Shown here: positions 39,304 through 48,997 of the stretch, one piece after another | How the letters are laid out: each line of letters starts with the position of its first letter | How positions within the stretch are numbered: position 1 is the stretch's first letter | Virus genome (UHGV): UHGV-0020019 | DNA: 64,000 nt | DNA from: a virus | Strand: one strand, 5' to 3' | Translations under genes and position numbers: made by a program | The notes under the pieces: generated by a model | What the model was told of the DNA's origin: nothing | Database searches by the model: none | Seen by the model: only the letters and a program-made list of their open reading frames with translations

Positions 39304-40036
39304 GTTTTTGATTGTTACTATTTACTATAAGATAGTCTGTAGATTCCTCAAAAGGAATACCTTCTTTATAGTTAAGACTCCAAGGATATGACCTTCTTAA
39401 AGCCTCTGTGAGTGTATCTACATTAGAATACTTAGCTCTAATACAATGCACAGCCTTAGTACATCTTGGATTATTAAGATCTACAGAATGGGCTTTCTTA
39501 TTAGAACCTAAATATCCAAATTGCTTAGCTGCCTTATCACAAATAGTATTCCATATATCTGCATATTCTTTCAAATTATATATCCCAAAGCCTTTTGTAG
39601 GGTCTTTTCCCATTATCTTTTGCATATCTTTACAACATTGAGAGAAAATACATGAAGATATTTGCAGCATTGCGGAAATATAATGAAGGGCAGAAAGACA
39701 ATCTATATGCTTAAATTTAGCATTTCTAAAAGAGATATAGATACTCTTGTATAACTCTTCTGTATTTTCCTCTAAGAGTTCATCAATATTAGAACTAAGG
39801 ATGTTCATATATCTCTCATTCTGTCTACTTATAGCCATTAATTTATTTGGAAGTAAATCCAGCTGTTTACCTACTTTATTAATCTCATGCTTAATCTCAA
39901 ATTTATAAAAAGACTTCTCTTCTTGAATATTTTTAAGATAATCATGGTAAGCATATTTTGCCATTATAATTGAAGGAAGGCAACAATACTGGAAGTACCT
40001 CCAAATATCTATTAATTCATCTTCTGTTACTCTCAT
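39287..40036 (-). CDS. hypothetical protein
   Basis: ORF in track. Confidence 0.45.
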   Translation of the reverse strand: MRVTEDELIDIWRYFQYCCLPSIIMAKYAYHDYLKNIQEEKSFYKFEIKHEINKVGKQLDLLPNKLMAISRQNERYMNILSSNIDELLEENTEELYKSIYISFRNAKFKHIDCLSALHYISAMLQISSCIFSQCCKDMQKIMGKDPTKGFGIYNLKEYADIWNTICDKAAKQFGYLGSNKKAHSVDLNNPRCTKAVHCIRAKYSNVDTLTEALRRSYPWSLNYKEGIPFEESTDYLIVNSNNQKLDKCG

Positions 40037-40356
40037 TTATCTGTAAATTTAACAGGAATAGACCATCCATTCTTTATAGCTCTAGATAAATTAATAGGAG
40101 AGTCTCCTATAGCTTCAGCTGCACTTTGCAGAGAATCATAGACTCTTTTACCTAATTGGACTTTCTTTTGCTTAGAGAGTATCATTCTCTGTTTACCTTC
40201 TTCAGACATGTGACAGACACCTCTCATGGCTTTACTTATTTTTTCTCTAGTTTCCTTGGAAGGACAATATCCTTTTTTCTGTGCCATATAATTAATTGTT
40301 AATGTTTCCAAAATGGACCAATTTCTTCTTCTGCTGGAAGTGGAAGCTTGTGACAA
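40033..40356 (-). CDS. small basic protein with two NUMOD3-like DNA-binding repeats (homing-endonuclease-associated motif); possible HEG remnant
   Basis: SKETREKISKAMRG and SEEGKQRMILSKQ fit S-x-E-x-R/K-x-K-I/M-S...G of NUMOD3 (I-TevI-type); no nuclease domain; overlaps the polymerase gene start by 58 nt. Confidence 0.4.
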   Translation of the reverse strand: MSQASTSSRRRNWSILETLTINYMAQKKGYCPSKETREKISKAMRGVCHMSEEGKQRMILSKQKKVQLGKRVYDSLQSAAEAIGDSPINLSRAIKNGWSIPVKFTDK

Positions 40357-42467
40357 TACTTTGCTCCAATAGTTTCCATAAAATGCTTAGTTGCTTTTAC
40401 TACTTCTTGGGTAAGTTCCTTAGGACACTCTTCACATATTTCATCATGTACTGGTACACAGAATTTTACTTTATTCTGATAGCTCTTGTCAAGAATCCAA
40501 ATATAGAGAGCATAGGTAAACTCTTTGAAGATAACAGCACCAAGACCTTGGGTTGTACTATTGACACTATTCTTGTCATATTTATTTCTTGCGGCAAAGT
40601 GCTCATCAGCTTCTGTACTTCTTGGTAATCCAGCTTCTTTTCTTTCCCTATAATTATCCCAAAATTCTTTAGAATGTTGTCTAGCATACCATTTCTTCCA
40701 ATCCCACCATCTAGAAATATGTCCTGTTTCTCTACATACTCTGATAATTCCTGTAGCTTCAGTATACTTCTTACATTCCTCCTGATACTTTGTAGCCCCA
40801 GCAAAACCTTTCTTATAATTGTCTTCTATTTGCATAGCTTCTTCTTTAGGCATACCATAGTTACCTACCAGAGTAGCCCAATTACCTAAGAAGGCAAATG
40901 TAAACTCAGGTCCTTTGGCATCTTGTCTAAGAGAATGATATTTCTCCTTAATATCTCTAATATCCACATCACGAGGAATCTTATCAGGATATATAAGCCA
41001 AGCTACATAACTATGCATATCATATCCTTTTTCAAATACTTCAAGCATACCTTTATCTCCAGATAGACTTGCCAGGAGTCTTGATTCTTCGCTGTTGTAG
41101 TCTATTGAAATGAAATCATTACCTTCCTCTGCAATGAAGCAGGATCTTACTTCATCAGTATTAGGGAGATTCTGAATCTGAGGATATGCACATACATCTT
41201 CAGGATGCCCTTTTCTTGGTTTTAAAGGGAGACTTTTTAGTTTAGCTAAATCTTCATTCTGCTTTTGAGAACCACAAGACAATCTTCCTGTTACAGTATC
41301 TAGTTGACGAAATTCTGTATGAAGTCTTCCTGTCTTAGGATTTACTGCATTAGTATATTGTGGCCCATAAGTAGAACAAAGTTTATCCAGTCTAGAATAC
41401 TCTAAGTATAAATTTGCAAATTCAGGATTAATATTCTTTTGCTTCTTTACAAGGTCTGCACCTTTACTTTCTGTTTCTTCCTTTTTTTCTTTATTCCAAC
41501 CCTTTGTGTTAAAGCCTAAATACTTTAAGAGAGGAACAACATCATCAGTACTACTCCAGTTAATATTACACTTGGATTTATTGGAAGTATCTACATCCTG
41601 GAATAAATCTAACTGAATAGCTTCTCTGATGAATTTCCTATTTCCAAGGTTTACAACAAAGGTATTAAGAGCATCTATTGTTTTCTGAAGGTCAATACAG
41701 TTTCTTTTATAAATTTTCATCCATTTATCTGCATCAAGTTTAACTCCACAATACTCAAAGTAAGCAAGAGATAAGACAGCACTACATTCTATCTGTAGAG
41801 CAGGCATAGCATTAATAGATTTGAAATATTCTATTTGAGCATTCATAATGTCTCCTAAATGAATAACATCATTAGCACCGTAGATTATTACGTCTTCTGT
41901 TATACCTACATATTTAATAGTACCTCTTATGGATTTATCTATGTTTATTCCAAGATACTTATATCCTAAAGCATCAAGAGCAAAGCTTAACTCATAATAT
42001 GAATAACTTGGTTTGCCTTTTGTTGCTTTTGTGTGCTTTATATGATAGGGAAAATCATACTCCTGTGCTCTATATTCCTTTGGAGAAACTGGTATTCTAG
42101 GAAATCCAAAGTATCTAAGCATTTCTGCTATCATTGTATCATAACACTTTCTTATAAAAATACCTATTGCCATAAGCATTTTTGCATCATACTTTAGATT
42201 CTGTCCTACAAGAAAACTCTGTTCTATAGCTTCTTTATAAAGTAAAGGATTTATAGTAGTACAATCTACTACAATTTGAATCGATTTATCCATCTTTCCA
42301 AACTGCATAAGTAGCACTTTTGCTATATGACAATCAAGTCCTGTACCTTCAGTATCAAACATGAAAATTTTCCAGGACTTAATCATCTCTATAGATTCTT
42401 CTATTGATAGTGGTTTATAATTTTCACTTTCAAATAGAGACTGTTGCTTAGATACAAAATATATCAT
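40299..42467 (-). CDS. polA: family A DNA polymerase with 3'-5' exonuclease domain
   Basis: Exo I MFDTEGTGLD; motif B-like RQDAKGPEFTFAFLGNWATLVGNYG (R..K....F.Y G); motif C VHDEICEE. Confidence 0.85.
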   Translation of the reverse strand: MIYFVSKQQSLFESENYKPLSIEESIEMIKSWKIFMFDTEGTGLDCHIAKVLLMQFGKMDKSIQIVVDCTTINPLLYKEAIEQSFLVGQNLKYDAKMLMAIGIFIRKCYDTMIAEMLRYFGFPRIPVSPKEYRAQEYDFPYHIKHTKATKGKPSYSYYELSFALDALGYKYLGINIDKSIRGTIKYVGITEDVIIYGANDVIHLGDIMNAQIEYFKSINAMPALQIECSAVLSLAYFEYCGVKLDADKWMKIYKRNCIDLQKTIDALNTFVVNLGNRKFIREAIQLDLFQDVDTSNKSKCNINWSSTDDVVPLLKYLGFNTKGWNKEKKEETESKGADLVKKQKNINPEFANLYLEYSRLDKLCSTYGPQYTNAVNPKTGRLHTEFRQLDTVTGRLSCGSQKQNEDLAKLKSLPLKPRKGHPEDVCAYPQIQNLPNTDEVRSCFIAEEGNDFISIDYNSEESRLLASLSGDKGMLEVFEKGYDMHSYVAWLIYPDKIPRDVDIRDIKEKYHSLRQDAKGPEFTFAFLGNWATLVGNYGMPKEEAMQIEDNYKKGFAGATKYQEECKKYTEATGIIRVCRETGHISRWWDWKKWYARQHSKEFWDNYRERKEAGLPRSTEADEHFAARNKYDKNSVNSTTQGLGAVIFKEFTYALYIWILDKSYQNKVKFCVPVHDEICEECPKELTQEVVKATKHFMETIGAKYCHKLPLPAEEEIGPFWKH

Positions 42468-42907
42468 TCCTTACTATAAGCTATCAATTCATCAAAGTCA
42501 AGGACATATTTGAACTCATTGAAAAACTTTGAGCCAAGCATGCCATTAACTGTAACTCCAGTCTCTTTCTTTATGGAATTAAAGGCAGCACTCATATCCT
42601 GAATAACATAAGGATATTCATACTCCTTGTCTTTATAAGACATCTTGATAGTGCATACTCCTGCCTTTTGAGCATTACCTTCAAGACCAGAGATGTTAGT
42701 TTCTACATTAAGCATTTTATGGTCAATGCTCTTTAGAATATTGCTATCAATGACACAATTGTTAGAGCCTGTATCAAGAAGAAAGTTAATCTTCTTATCT
42801 CCTTGACGGAATGTTACTACGGGTAGTTCTGCAAGATCCATTGAATTTTGAAAGGACATTGCCTGAGGATGAATGTTGAGAAATTTATGAATTATCTTTT
42901 TTATCAT
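42464..42907 (-). CDS. retropepsin-like (clan AA) aspartic protease, ATGA-coupled to the polymerase gene
   Basis: LLDTGSNNCVI (hh-D-T/S-G-A/S) and later NGMLGSKFFNEF (I-I/L-G-x-D/K-F-L flap/second motif). Confidence 0.5.
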   Translation of the reverse strand: MIKKIIHKFLNIHPQAMSFQNSMDLAELPVVTFRQGDKKINFLLDTGSNNCVIDSNILKSIDHKMLNVETNISGLEGNAQKAGVCTIKMSYKDKEYEYPYVIQDMSAAFNSIKKETGVTVNGMLGSKFFNEFKYVLDFDELIAYSKE

Positions 42908-42912
42908 AGTTT

Positions 42913-43113
42913 TTAGTTTAATGTTATATTTGCTGTACAGCCTTCTGTATCAATATCAATAGGAAGAATATTCTCAGTTATCATATATTCTACATTACTT
43001 TGTTTAAAGCCCATCTGAGTGCAAATGTCATCACCATCAAGATTCTCAAGACTTTCAGGGACATCCTTAATGATAACTTCTCCTGTACAATAATCCAAGA
43101 CTGCAATTTTCAT
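42913..43113 (-). CDS. small hypothetical protein
   Basis: ORF in track. Confidence 0.35.
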   Translation of the reverse strand: MKIAVLDYCTGEVIIKDVPESLENLDGDDICTQMGFKQSNVEYMITENILPIDIDTEGCTANITLN

Positions 43114-43173
43114 AGTTGTAATATTTTAAAGACATTGTCCTAGGAAAGGACAATGCACAAGATTAATTAATAA

Positions 43174-43704
43174 TTATTTAGTTCCTGTTGTTGAGAAGCC
43201 TCCTCTATCTTTTTTTGCAGGAAGGTCATCTACTTCAATGATTTCAATTCCACTAGTGAACAGCCACTTCAGTTTTTGCCACATTGTTGCCTTTTGGCTA
43301 AGCTGAATTTTAAACTGGCATATTCTATCATTGATTGCTATTGTAGTATTTCTAAGAGCTACTGCTTGGAACTTCCATTCATCATTTGGTCCATTATATC
43401 CAAACTCTCCACCATCAATAACTCCATAGGCATTAGTCTGTAGAACACCATAATTATTGAAGGTTCCACTTCTAGCAACTACATTTGCTTCCATACCACC
43501 AGGCAACAACATTGCTACTCCAAGAGGAATAAGAGCTGTACTAAACTCTACTTCCTTAGGTTTACCTTTTGCAGTAGTCTTAGTAACAGGAGCTTTCAGT
43601 GTTACTTCTGCTGCACTTCTAAGGTCAATCCAATCCCCTTTGGCAATAATTTTAGGGAGTTCTACATCTTTACTAAATCTCTTAATATATATCTTCTGTT
43701 TCAT
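43174..43704 (-). CDS. dut: dUTP diphosphatase (trimeric dUTPase)
   Basis: Motifs AKGDWIDL, VARSG, GVIDGGEFGYNG, RGGFSTTG. Confidence 0.85.
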   Translation of the reverse strand: MKQKIYIKRFSKDVELPKIIAKGDWIDLRSAAEVTLKAPVTKTTAKGKPKEVEFSTALIPLGVAMLLPGGMEANVVARSGTFNNYGVLQTNAYGVIDGGEFGYNGPNDEWKFQAVALRNTTIAINDRICQFKIQLSQKATMWQKLKWLFTSGIEIIEVDDLPAKKDRGGFSTTGTK

Positions 43705-43708
43705 TTTT

Positions 43709-44179
43709 TTACTTTTTAAATTTAAATGTTATATCATGTTCATAATAACTACCATCTCCCTGATGTTCTATCTGATAGAACCTTTGGTTAGTGGTAGGAG
43801 AGTTCAGACCTCCTAATTCATGGTCATAGTGACCGAGCTTAACAAAATCCAGATATTGCATGATACCCAGTTTATCCTTTGGTATCATATCCAAGCCACA
43901 ATACCATGCAGTCTTTACTTTTTTATAAGCATATTGGAATAGCTCTGTAAGAGTATCTATATCATGCTCTCCACCAAGTAACAGGAGAGTAGTGATGCCT
44001 TTATGAGCATCTAATAGATTCTGCAACTCCTCTATAGTGAGAAGTGCACCTTTATCTTCCCATAGTTCCCTTGAATGGCATCCTTGGCATCTTATCTGGC
44101 ATCCAGAAATAGATACCCCCAGAGTTATCTCTGAGGGCACTTCTGCAAATATTTCCTTGCAGTATAAATATTTTAGCAT
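43709..44179 (-). CDS. nrdG: anaerobic ribonucleotide reductase activating protein (radical SAM)
   Basis: CQIRCQGCHS CxxxCxxC cluster; 156 aa; immediately downstream of and overlapping nrdD. Confidence 0.8.
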   Translation of the reverse strand: MLKYLYCKEIFAEVPSEITLGVSISGCQIRCQGCHSRELWEDKGALLTIEELQNLLDAHKGITTLLLLGGEHDIDTLTELFQYAYKKVKTAWYCGLDMIPKDKLGIMQYLDFVKLGHYDHELGGLNSPTTNQRFYQIEHQGDGSYYEHDITFKFKK

Positions 44180-46371
44180 ACATCTTCCTTTTTAGTATAT
44201 ACTCTTGTCTTCTGCTCTATTTGTCTGCCTTTAGACCAATTGCTAATCTTAGTAAGATAACCAATTACACGGTCATAATAACTAATGTGTTTACTACCAC
44301 ATTTTGGGCATTCTGTAATAGGATGTTTAGTAATAAAACCACAATCATCACATTCACTATTAGGTACATTAAATGTGAAATATTTACATCCTTCCTCTGC
44401 GGCATATTTGATGATCTTTAAGTATTGTTCTTTATCCAAATGACTATCCAAGCCCACATGGCATGCAGAACCTCCATCTAAATTATCTCCACATACTTCT
44501 TTACCGTGTAAATGAATTTTATCTAATACAGGGATTTCAATATCATTAGGCTTAAAGATATAGGAAGCATAGAGATTAGTATCCTTTGGAACCCAATATC
44601 CATCATTTTTATCTCTATTATACAGTTTTATAGCAGCAGATTCACAAGGTGTAAATTCTGTATTGAACATACAATCTTTAGTTTTATGAAGGGCATTTTG
44701 CTCCTTGATAGTACTAAAAATCATACTACAGAACTCTTCGTATTGCTTATTTTTATTACATTTCATGTCTAAGAACTCTGCTGCTTGATTTAAACCATTA
44801 ATACCTATAGTAAGATACTGCTTTTTCATATTAATAAATCCTGCATTATATACAGTAAGCAAATTCTTCTCATAGAGATATTTGAGGATTTCATTATATG
44901 CAGTTTGATACTTATATACTCTATCGAGAATAGCTCCATCTTCTCTAATGTAATCCATTAAATCAGGATAGCTTTCTTTTGCTCTATTTTTATTCCACCC
45001 TGAATTATGAGTTTTCATCATTTTATACCAATCTTGAATAATCCTATTGAGATTGAGAGTAATAACATTCTTTGAACCAGTCATCTCACTGAGCTGACCA
45101 TTGGTGAAGTTAAACTGTGGCTTAGATAACTTAGAAGAAAGACGGCAACATGATGATAAGCTGTCTACACTATCACTTATATATGTAAAGAAACTATCAC
45201 CTTCTGCATATTCCTTTGCTGCAAACTGATATAAATCTTCATCAAGGAACTTATGGTTTTGATATATAAGACAGAGTGATACAACAGGAAAAGTTAGTAT
45301 GCACTTTAATCTCTCTTCATTTAACCAATGCATAAAATCTTTCTGTAACCATGTAAGAGATTCCCATTTTGGCTTAGTACCATCAGGGAAATAGAAATCT
45401 CCGTACATAGTATCAAAGAAAGGCTTATCAAAGATAGACAAGTTCCAAAAACAAGCTTGATTTCCTCTTGATCCTGATGGTTGCATAAGAGAATAGCATA
45501 TCTGCTGAAAATACTGATGTATTTGCTTTTGAATTGTCATTTGTCTTAGACAATGTTCTGATGTAATAATTGTCTCAGGCTTCTGATAATAATTATCTCC
45601 CCATTCCTTTCTAAGAAAATAATCCATACAAAGTAGCATTCCTGGAGTAGCTACAGCCCCTTTATACTGAGCAGCAATGGCAAATACAAGATTTACAAAA
45701 AGACCACAGAAACTGTCAATGTTCTTAGGAGCAGCACTCAAACCTCCAATATCCTTTATACCATTCTTTAGGAAAGGGTAAAGAGTAATAGCAACACAAT
45801 ATGGCATACCAATCTGTGAAGAAAGATCGTGGGGGTAAAGTATAGTATTAATATCTATAAGGAATTGTTCTGCCAATTCCTTACCATAGAGTTCCTTAAT
45901 TTTATCATACCATATTCTAATATTAGTTTCCTTATTGTCCTCTTTATGAATTTCAGTATTCATTACTGCAATATTATGTGTAGCAACATTACTATTGTCA
46001 TCAATAGTTGCATTTGCAGTATTATCTGATTTAACAAAGTTATCAATAAACTGAAGATTTCTTGCTACATTATCTCTGATTTTCTTATGTTGTTCTCTAT
46101 AAAGCATATAAGCCTTGCCTACAGGAAACCAACGCTTACAGAGGAACTTTTCTACCTTATTTTGAATACACTCTATAGTGATTTCTTCCTTAACAGGATC
46201 GTCCATGGTAGCAAGAGCACCATTACTAAGATTGCTAATAAACTCAGTAATATTCCTTCTATCCACCTCACCAATTCTATAGTTGCAGGCCTTAAATGCT
46301 TTAAGAATTGCTCTTTCAATCTTTTCAGGATTAAATTCTTCTTTAGTGCCATTACGTTTTACTATTAACAT
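44173..46371 (-). CDS. nrdD: anaerobic ribonucleoside-triphosphate reductase (class III RNR)
   Basis: C-terminal Zn ribbon CDDCGF...CPKCGS and glycyl-radical motif RVIGY; 732 aa. Confidence 0.85.
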   Translation of the reverse strand: MLIVKRNGTKEEFNPEKIERAILKAFKACNYRIGEVDRRNITEFISNLSNGALATMDDPVKEEITIECIQNKVEKFLCKRWFPVGKAYMLYREQHKKIRDNVARNLQFIDNFVKSDNTANATIDDNSNVATHNIAVMNTEIHKEDNKETNIRIWYDKIKELYGKELAEQFLIDINTILYPHDLSSQIGMPYCVAITLYPFLKNGIKDIGGLSAAPKNIDSFCGLFVNLVFAIAAQYKGAVATPGMLLCMDYFLRKEWGDNYYQKPETIITSEHCLRQMTIQKQIHQYFQQICYSLMQPSGSRGNQACFWNLSIFDKPFFDTMYGDFYFPDGTKPKWESLTWLQKDFMHWLNEERLKCILTFPVVSLCLIYQNHKFLDEDLYQFAAKEYAEGDSFFTYISDSVDSLSSCCRLSSKLSKPQFNFTNGQLSEMTGSKNVITLNLNRIIQDWYKMMKTHNSGWNKNRAKESYPDLMDYIREDGAILDRVYKYQTAYNEILKYLYEKNLLTVYNAGFINMKKQYLTIGINGLNQAAEFLDMKCNKNKQYEEFCSMIFSTIKEQNALHKTKDCMFNTEFTPCESAAIKLYNRDKNDGYWVPKDTNLYASYIFKPNDIEIPVLDKIHLHGKEVCGDNLDGGSACHVGLDSHLDKEQYLKIIKYAAEEGCKYFTFNVPNSECDDCGFITKHPITECPKCGSKHISYYDRVIGYLTKISNWSKGRQIEQKTRVYTKKEDVC

Positions 46372-46394
46372 TATATCTTATTATTATACAGTTA

Positions 46395-47438
46395 TTATTC
46401 TTTAGGTTTCAAACAATCAATGATATTAATTCCATCCTTATCAATGCCTTTTGGTACTTGAGGTCTGAAGTTCAAGTAACTCTGAAGTTCTTTACCTATC
46501 TCAAATGGGTCTCTGAACTCCTTGCCTTCATTGTTAATAAGAGTGCCTTTAGCCCTTGTGAGAGGGAACTCCCACACAAGAGGAATGAGGGACTCTTTGT
46601 TGACAACAATAAAACGATAATCCTCAAGAGTGAAATCCTTGAAGTAAGGATCATTAGACATATTAGCTTTAAGAATACGCCAATATAATCTTGCCTGTAT
46701 CATATAAGACCATTGCTCAAAGCTATCTTGAAAATCCCATTCTTTGTGTCCACTTGTCTTTAGGTCAATAGGATATACCTTCTTTTCCTCATAGTCAACA
46801 ACAGCTAAGTCCATCATACAGCGATAGCAAACACCTTCAAACTTAGCTTTAAATTTCAACTGATAATATCTCTTGATAGGAGATAGAGGGTCATTGTCTG
46901 CAAAATAGCCTTGAGTTGCAGGTGAAGTCTTTAATGCCTGAACCATGTTAATAACCCTATCATAAGTAGGTCTATCTACAACAGTTTTAGTACCAGCCTG
47001 TGTCTTAAGGTTATAATACATAGCAGTTCTCTCAGAGATAACCCTTACTCTGGTTTCATCTCTCCAATTCTTCTGCCATCCTACTTCATTGATCACTGCA
47101 AGGAGGGCATCACTTGGAATATATGAAAACATCTCACATGAATCGTGGTATCTCTCATATAGCATATCAGCTATTTGCTGTTCCTTCTCTCCTATAGAAG
47201 GGAAATCTGCAATATAATATAGTTCATTAAATTCTTCTTCTGAACCAGTGATAAGACAATCTACCATAGAGCCTTCAAGTAAGGATTGAGTAGAGATCTT
47301 ATCAAAGAGATGGTCTAATTTATTGAAGCCTTCTCTTTCAAATCTTGCAAGTGTAGAATAGCTTAATGCAGGATCAGCCCTGTATTCTCTTTCAGACACT
47401 TGCCAACTAATATCTTTTAGTTCCTTTACTATTTCCAT
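46395..47438 (-). CDS. PD-(D/E)xK RecB/Cas4-like phage exonuclease
   Basis: VVDYEEKKVYPIDLKTSGHK ... QARLY (D, ExK/DLKTS, QxxxY motifs). Confidence 0.6.
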   Translation of the reverse strand: MEIVKELKDISWQVSEREYRADPALSYSTLARFEREGFNKLDHLFDKISTQSLLEGSMVDCLITGSEEEFNELYYIADFPSIGEKEQQIADMLYERYHDSCEMFSYIPSDALLAVINEVGWQKNWRDETRVRVISERTAMYYNLKTQAGTKTVVDRPTYDRVINMVQALKTSPATQGYFADNDPLSPIKRYYQLKFKAKFEGVCYRCMMDLAVVDYEEKKVYPIDLKTSGHKEWDFQDSFEQWSYMIQARLYWRILKANMSNDPYFKDFTLEDYRFIVVNKESLIPLVWEFPLTRAKGTLINNEGKEFRDPFEIGKELQSYLNFRPQVPKGIDKDGINIIDCLKPKE

Positions 47439-47439
47439 A

Positions 47440-47943
47440 TTATTCTGTTTTTATTGAAGCAATATCTTGTAATTGCCTAATAATCTCAATAGCTTGAAGA
47501 AGTTGCTTTTTTGTATAAATTTCAAAGTAAATACTATTAGGATAATTATCTTCAAGGTATTTTCTAAATAGTTTTTTCTTTATGTAAAACACATCATTTT
47601 CCAAGCCTTTAGCTTCTATTACAATAAGATATCCTTTGTGAATAAAGATAAAGTCAGGAGTATAAGTAATATCAATTATTTTTTTATTCTCCAGCTTTAA
47701 CATTCTTGTAGTGTTATCCTTATTATAAAAAGGTACTACAGGTCTAAAGCCTTTCCAAATAGTAAATTTAGTAGGTTCGTATTGAACAGAAAAATTATTC
47801 TCCCTTAGAGTTTGATATACCATTTTTTCAAGTCTACTTTTAAATTGTATTCCATTAAACTCTAAGGGAGAAGCATTTCTAATTTTTTTGTTCTGTCCTT
47901 TTTTAGCTTTTACTTTCTTACTTTTTGATGAGTTCCTCTGCAT
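47440..47943 (-). CDS. small PD-(D/E)xK nuclease (VRR-NUC/resolvase-like)
   Basis: YTPDFIFIHKGYLIVIEAKG (PD...E-A-K). Confidence 0.5.
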   Translation of the reverse strand: MQRNSSKSKKVKAKKGQNKKIRNASPLEFNGIQFKSRLEKMVYQTLRENNFSVQYEPTKFTIWKGFRPVVPFYNKDNTTRMLKLENKKIIDITYTPDFIFIHKGYLIVIEAKGLENDVFYIKKKLFRKYLEDNYPNSIYFEIYTKKQLLQAIEIIRQLQDIASIKTE

Positions 47944-48296
47944 TGCTTTTTACTCTTGTTTATCTCAGTAAGTAATTCTAATGCCTTTGTTAGAAGTTCA
48001 ATTTGTTCTTCCAGTTTATCTACTCTAAGCTCAAGTTTTTCATTTGCCTCGATTATTTCTTTCACCAAATTATTCAGTGCATCATTATCCAGTGAATCCA
48101 GAGGTTTTTCATCTTTAACTTCTTTCTCTACAATAACACCTTCTTCAAGAAAAATAGGAACTAACTCTGGTATGAACTTACACTCAAGATGGTGGTGCTT
48201 TATATGACCATTCTTCATATCATGAGACAAGTCCAATACTATCATGTCTCCAAACTTTAACTCTTCAGCAGTCTCCTGCATAAAATACTTCTTCAT
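47910..48296 (-). CDS. hypothetical coiled-coil protein
   Basis: C-terminal heptad LELRVDKLEEQIELLTKALELLTEI. Confidence 0.4.
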   Translation of the reverse strand: MKKYFMQETAEELKFGDMIVLDLSHDMKNGHIKHHHLECKFIPELVPIFLEEGVIVEKEVKDEKPLDSLDNDALNNLVKEIIEANEKLELRVDKLEEQIELLTKALELLTEINKSKKQCRGTHQKVRK

Positions 48297-48307
48297 TTTC
48301 TTTTTAT

Positions 48308-48997
48308 TTAAAAATTATACTCTTTATACCATTCTACACCATAACCATAGTGACCTTTGAGAATATCATTTATCTGATACCATAGGTCAGAAGGCATCTT
48401 GGTGTGTGTTCTTGCATACCACGAAGGGTGCTTTATCTTGATAATATGGTTATACTTTGAATTGATGTAAGATTCAAAGCTCTGAGCTTCAGAACCCATC
48501 AGTATATAGACAATACCACTGTCATAGTTAGAGAGATTAGTGAGAAAGGATTTAATGAAAGGTCTCCACATAAGAGCATGAGAACCTATTTTACCTGCCT
48601 GACAGGAGAGTGCTGAATTTAACAACAGCACTCCCTGAGCTTCCCACTTCTCCAAACTGGGGTCAAAGATAATATTTCCATGTGGGCGAGTGAAGTCAAT
48701 AACTGACTCCATAAGAACATCTAAGGACTGTGAATAATTACATTCAAGAGTATCATTAGAGTTTCCAAAGGCTATTCCTGTGGCTGTAGGCTTTCCATTC
48801 TTTATATCTGGGTAAGGGTCTTGACCTATAATGACAGTCTTCAAGTCATGCAATGAGCAGAGTGTAAAGGCTTTGAATATATCCTTTACCTTAGGACATA
48901 TTACTTGTTTTGAATCTATCAATCTCTTGATTATTCTTTCAGCCTCTACTATGTCTACAACCTTACACCAATCTCCAAAATATTCCTGTATAGTCAT
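48308..48997 (-). CDS. ung: uracil-DNA glycosylase (family 1-like)
   Basis: VIIGQDPYPD (GQDPY water-activating loop); 229 aa. Confidence 0.8.
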   Translation of the reverse strand: MTIQEYFGDWCKVVDIVEAERIIKRLIDSKQVICPKVKDIFKAFTLCSLHDLKTVIIGQDPYPDIKNGKPTATGIAFGNSNDTLECNYSQSLDVLMESVIDFTRPHGNIIFDPSLEKWEAQGVLLLNSALSCQAGKIGSHALMWRPFIKSFLTNLSNYDSGIVYILMGSEAQSFESYINSKYNHIIKIKHPSWYARTHTKMPSDLWYQINDILKGHYGYGVEWYKEYNF

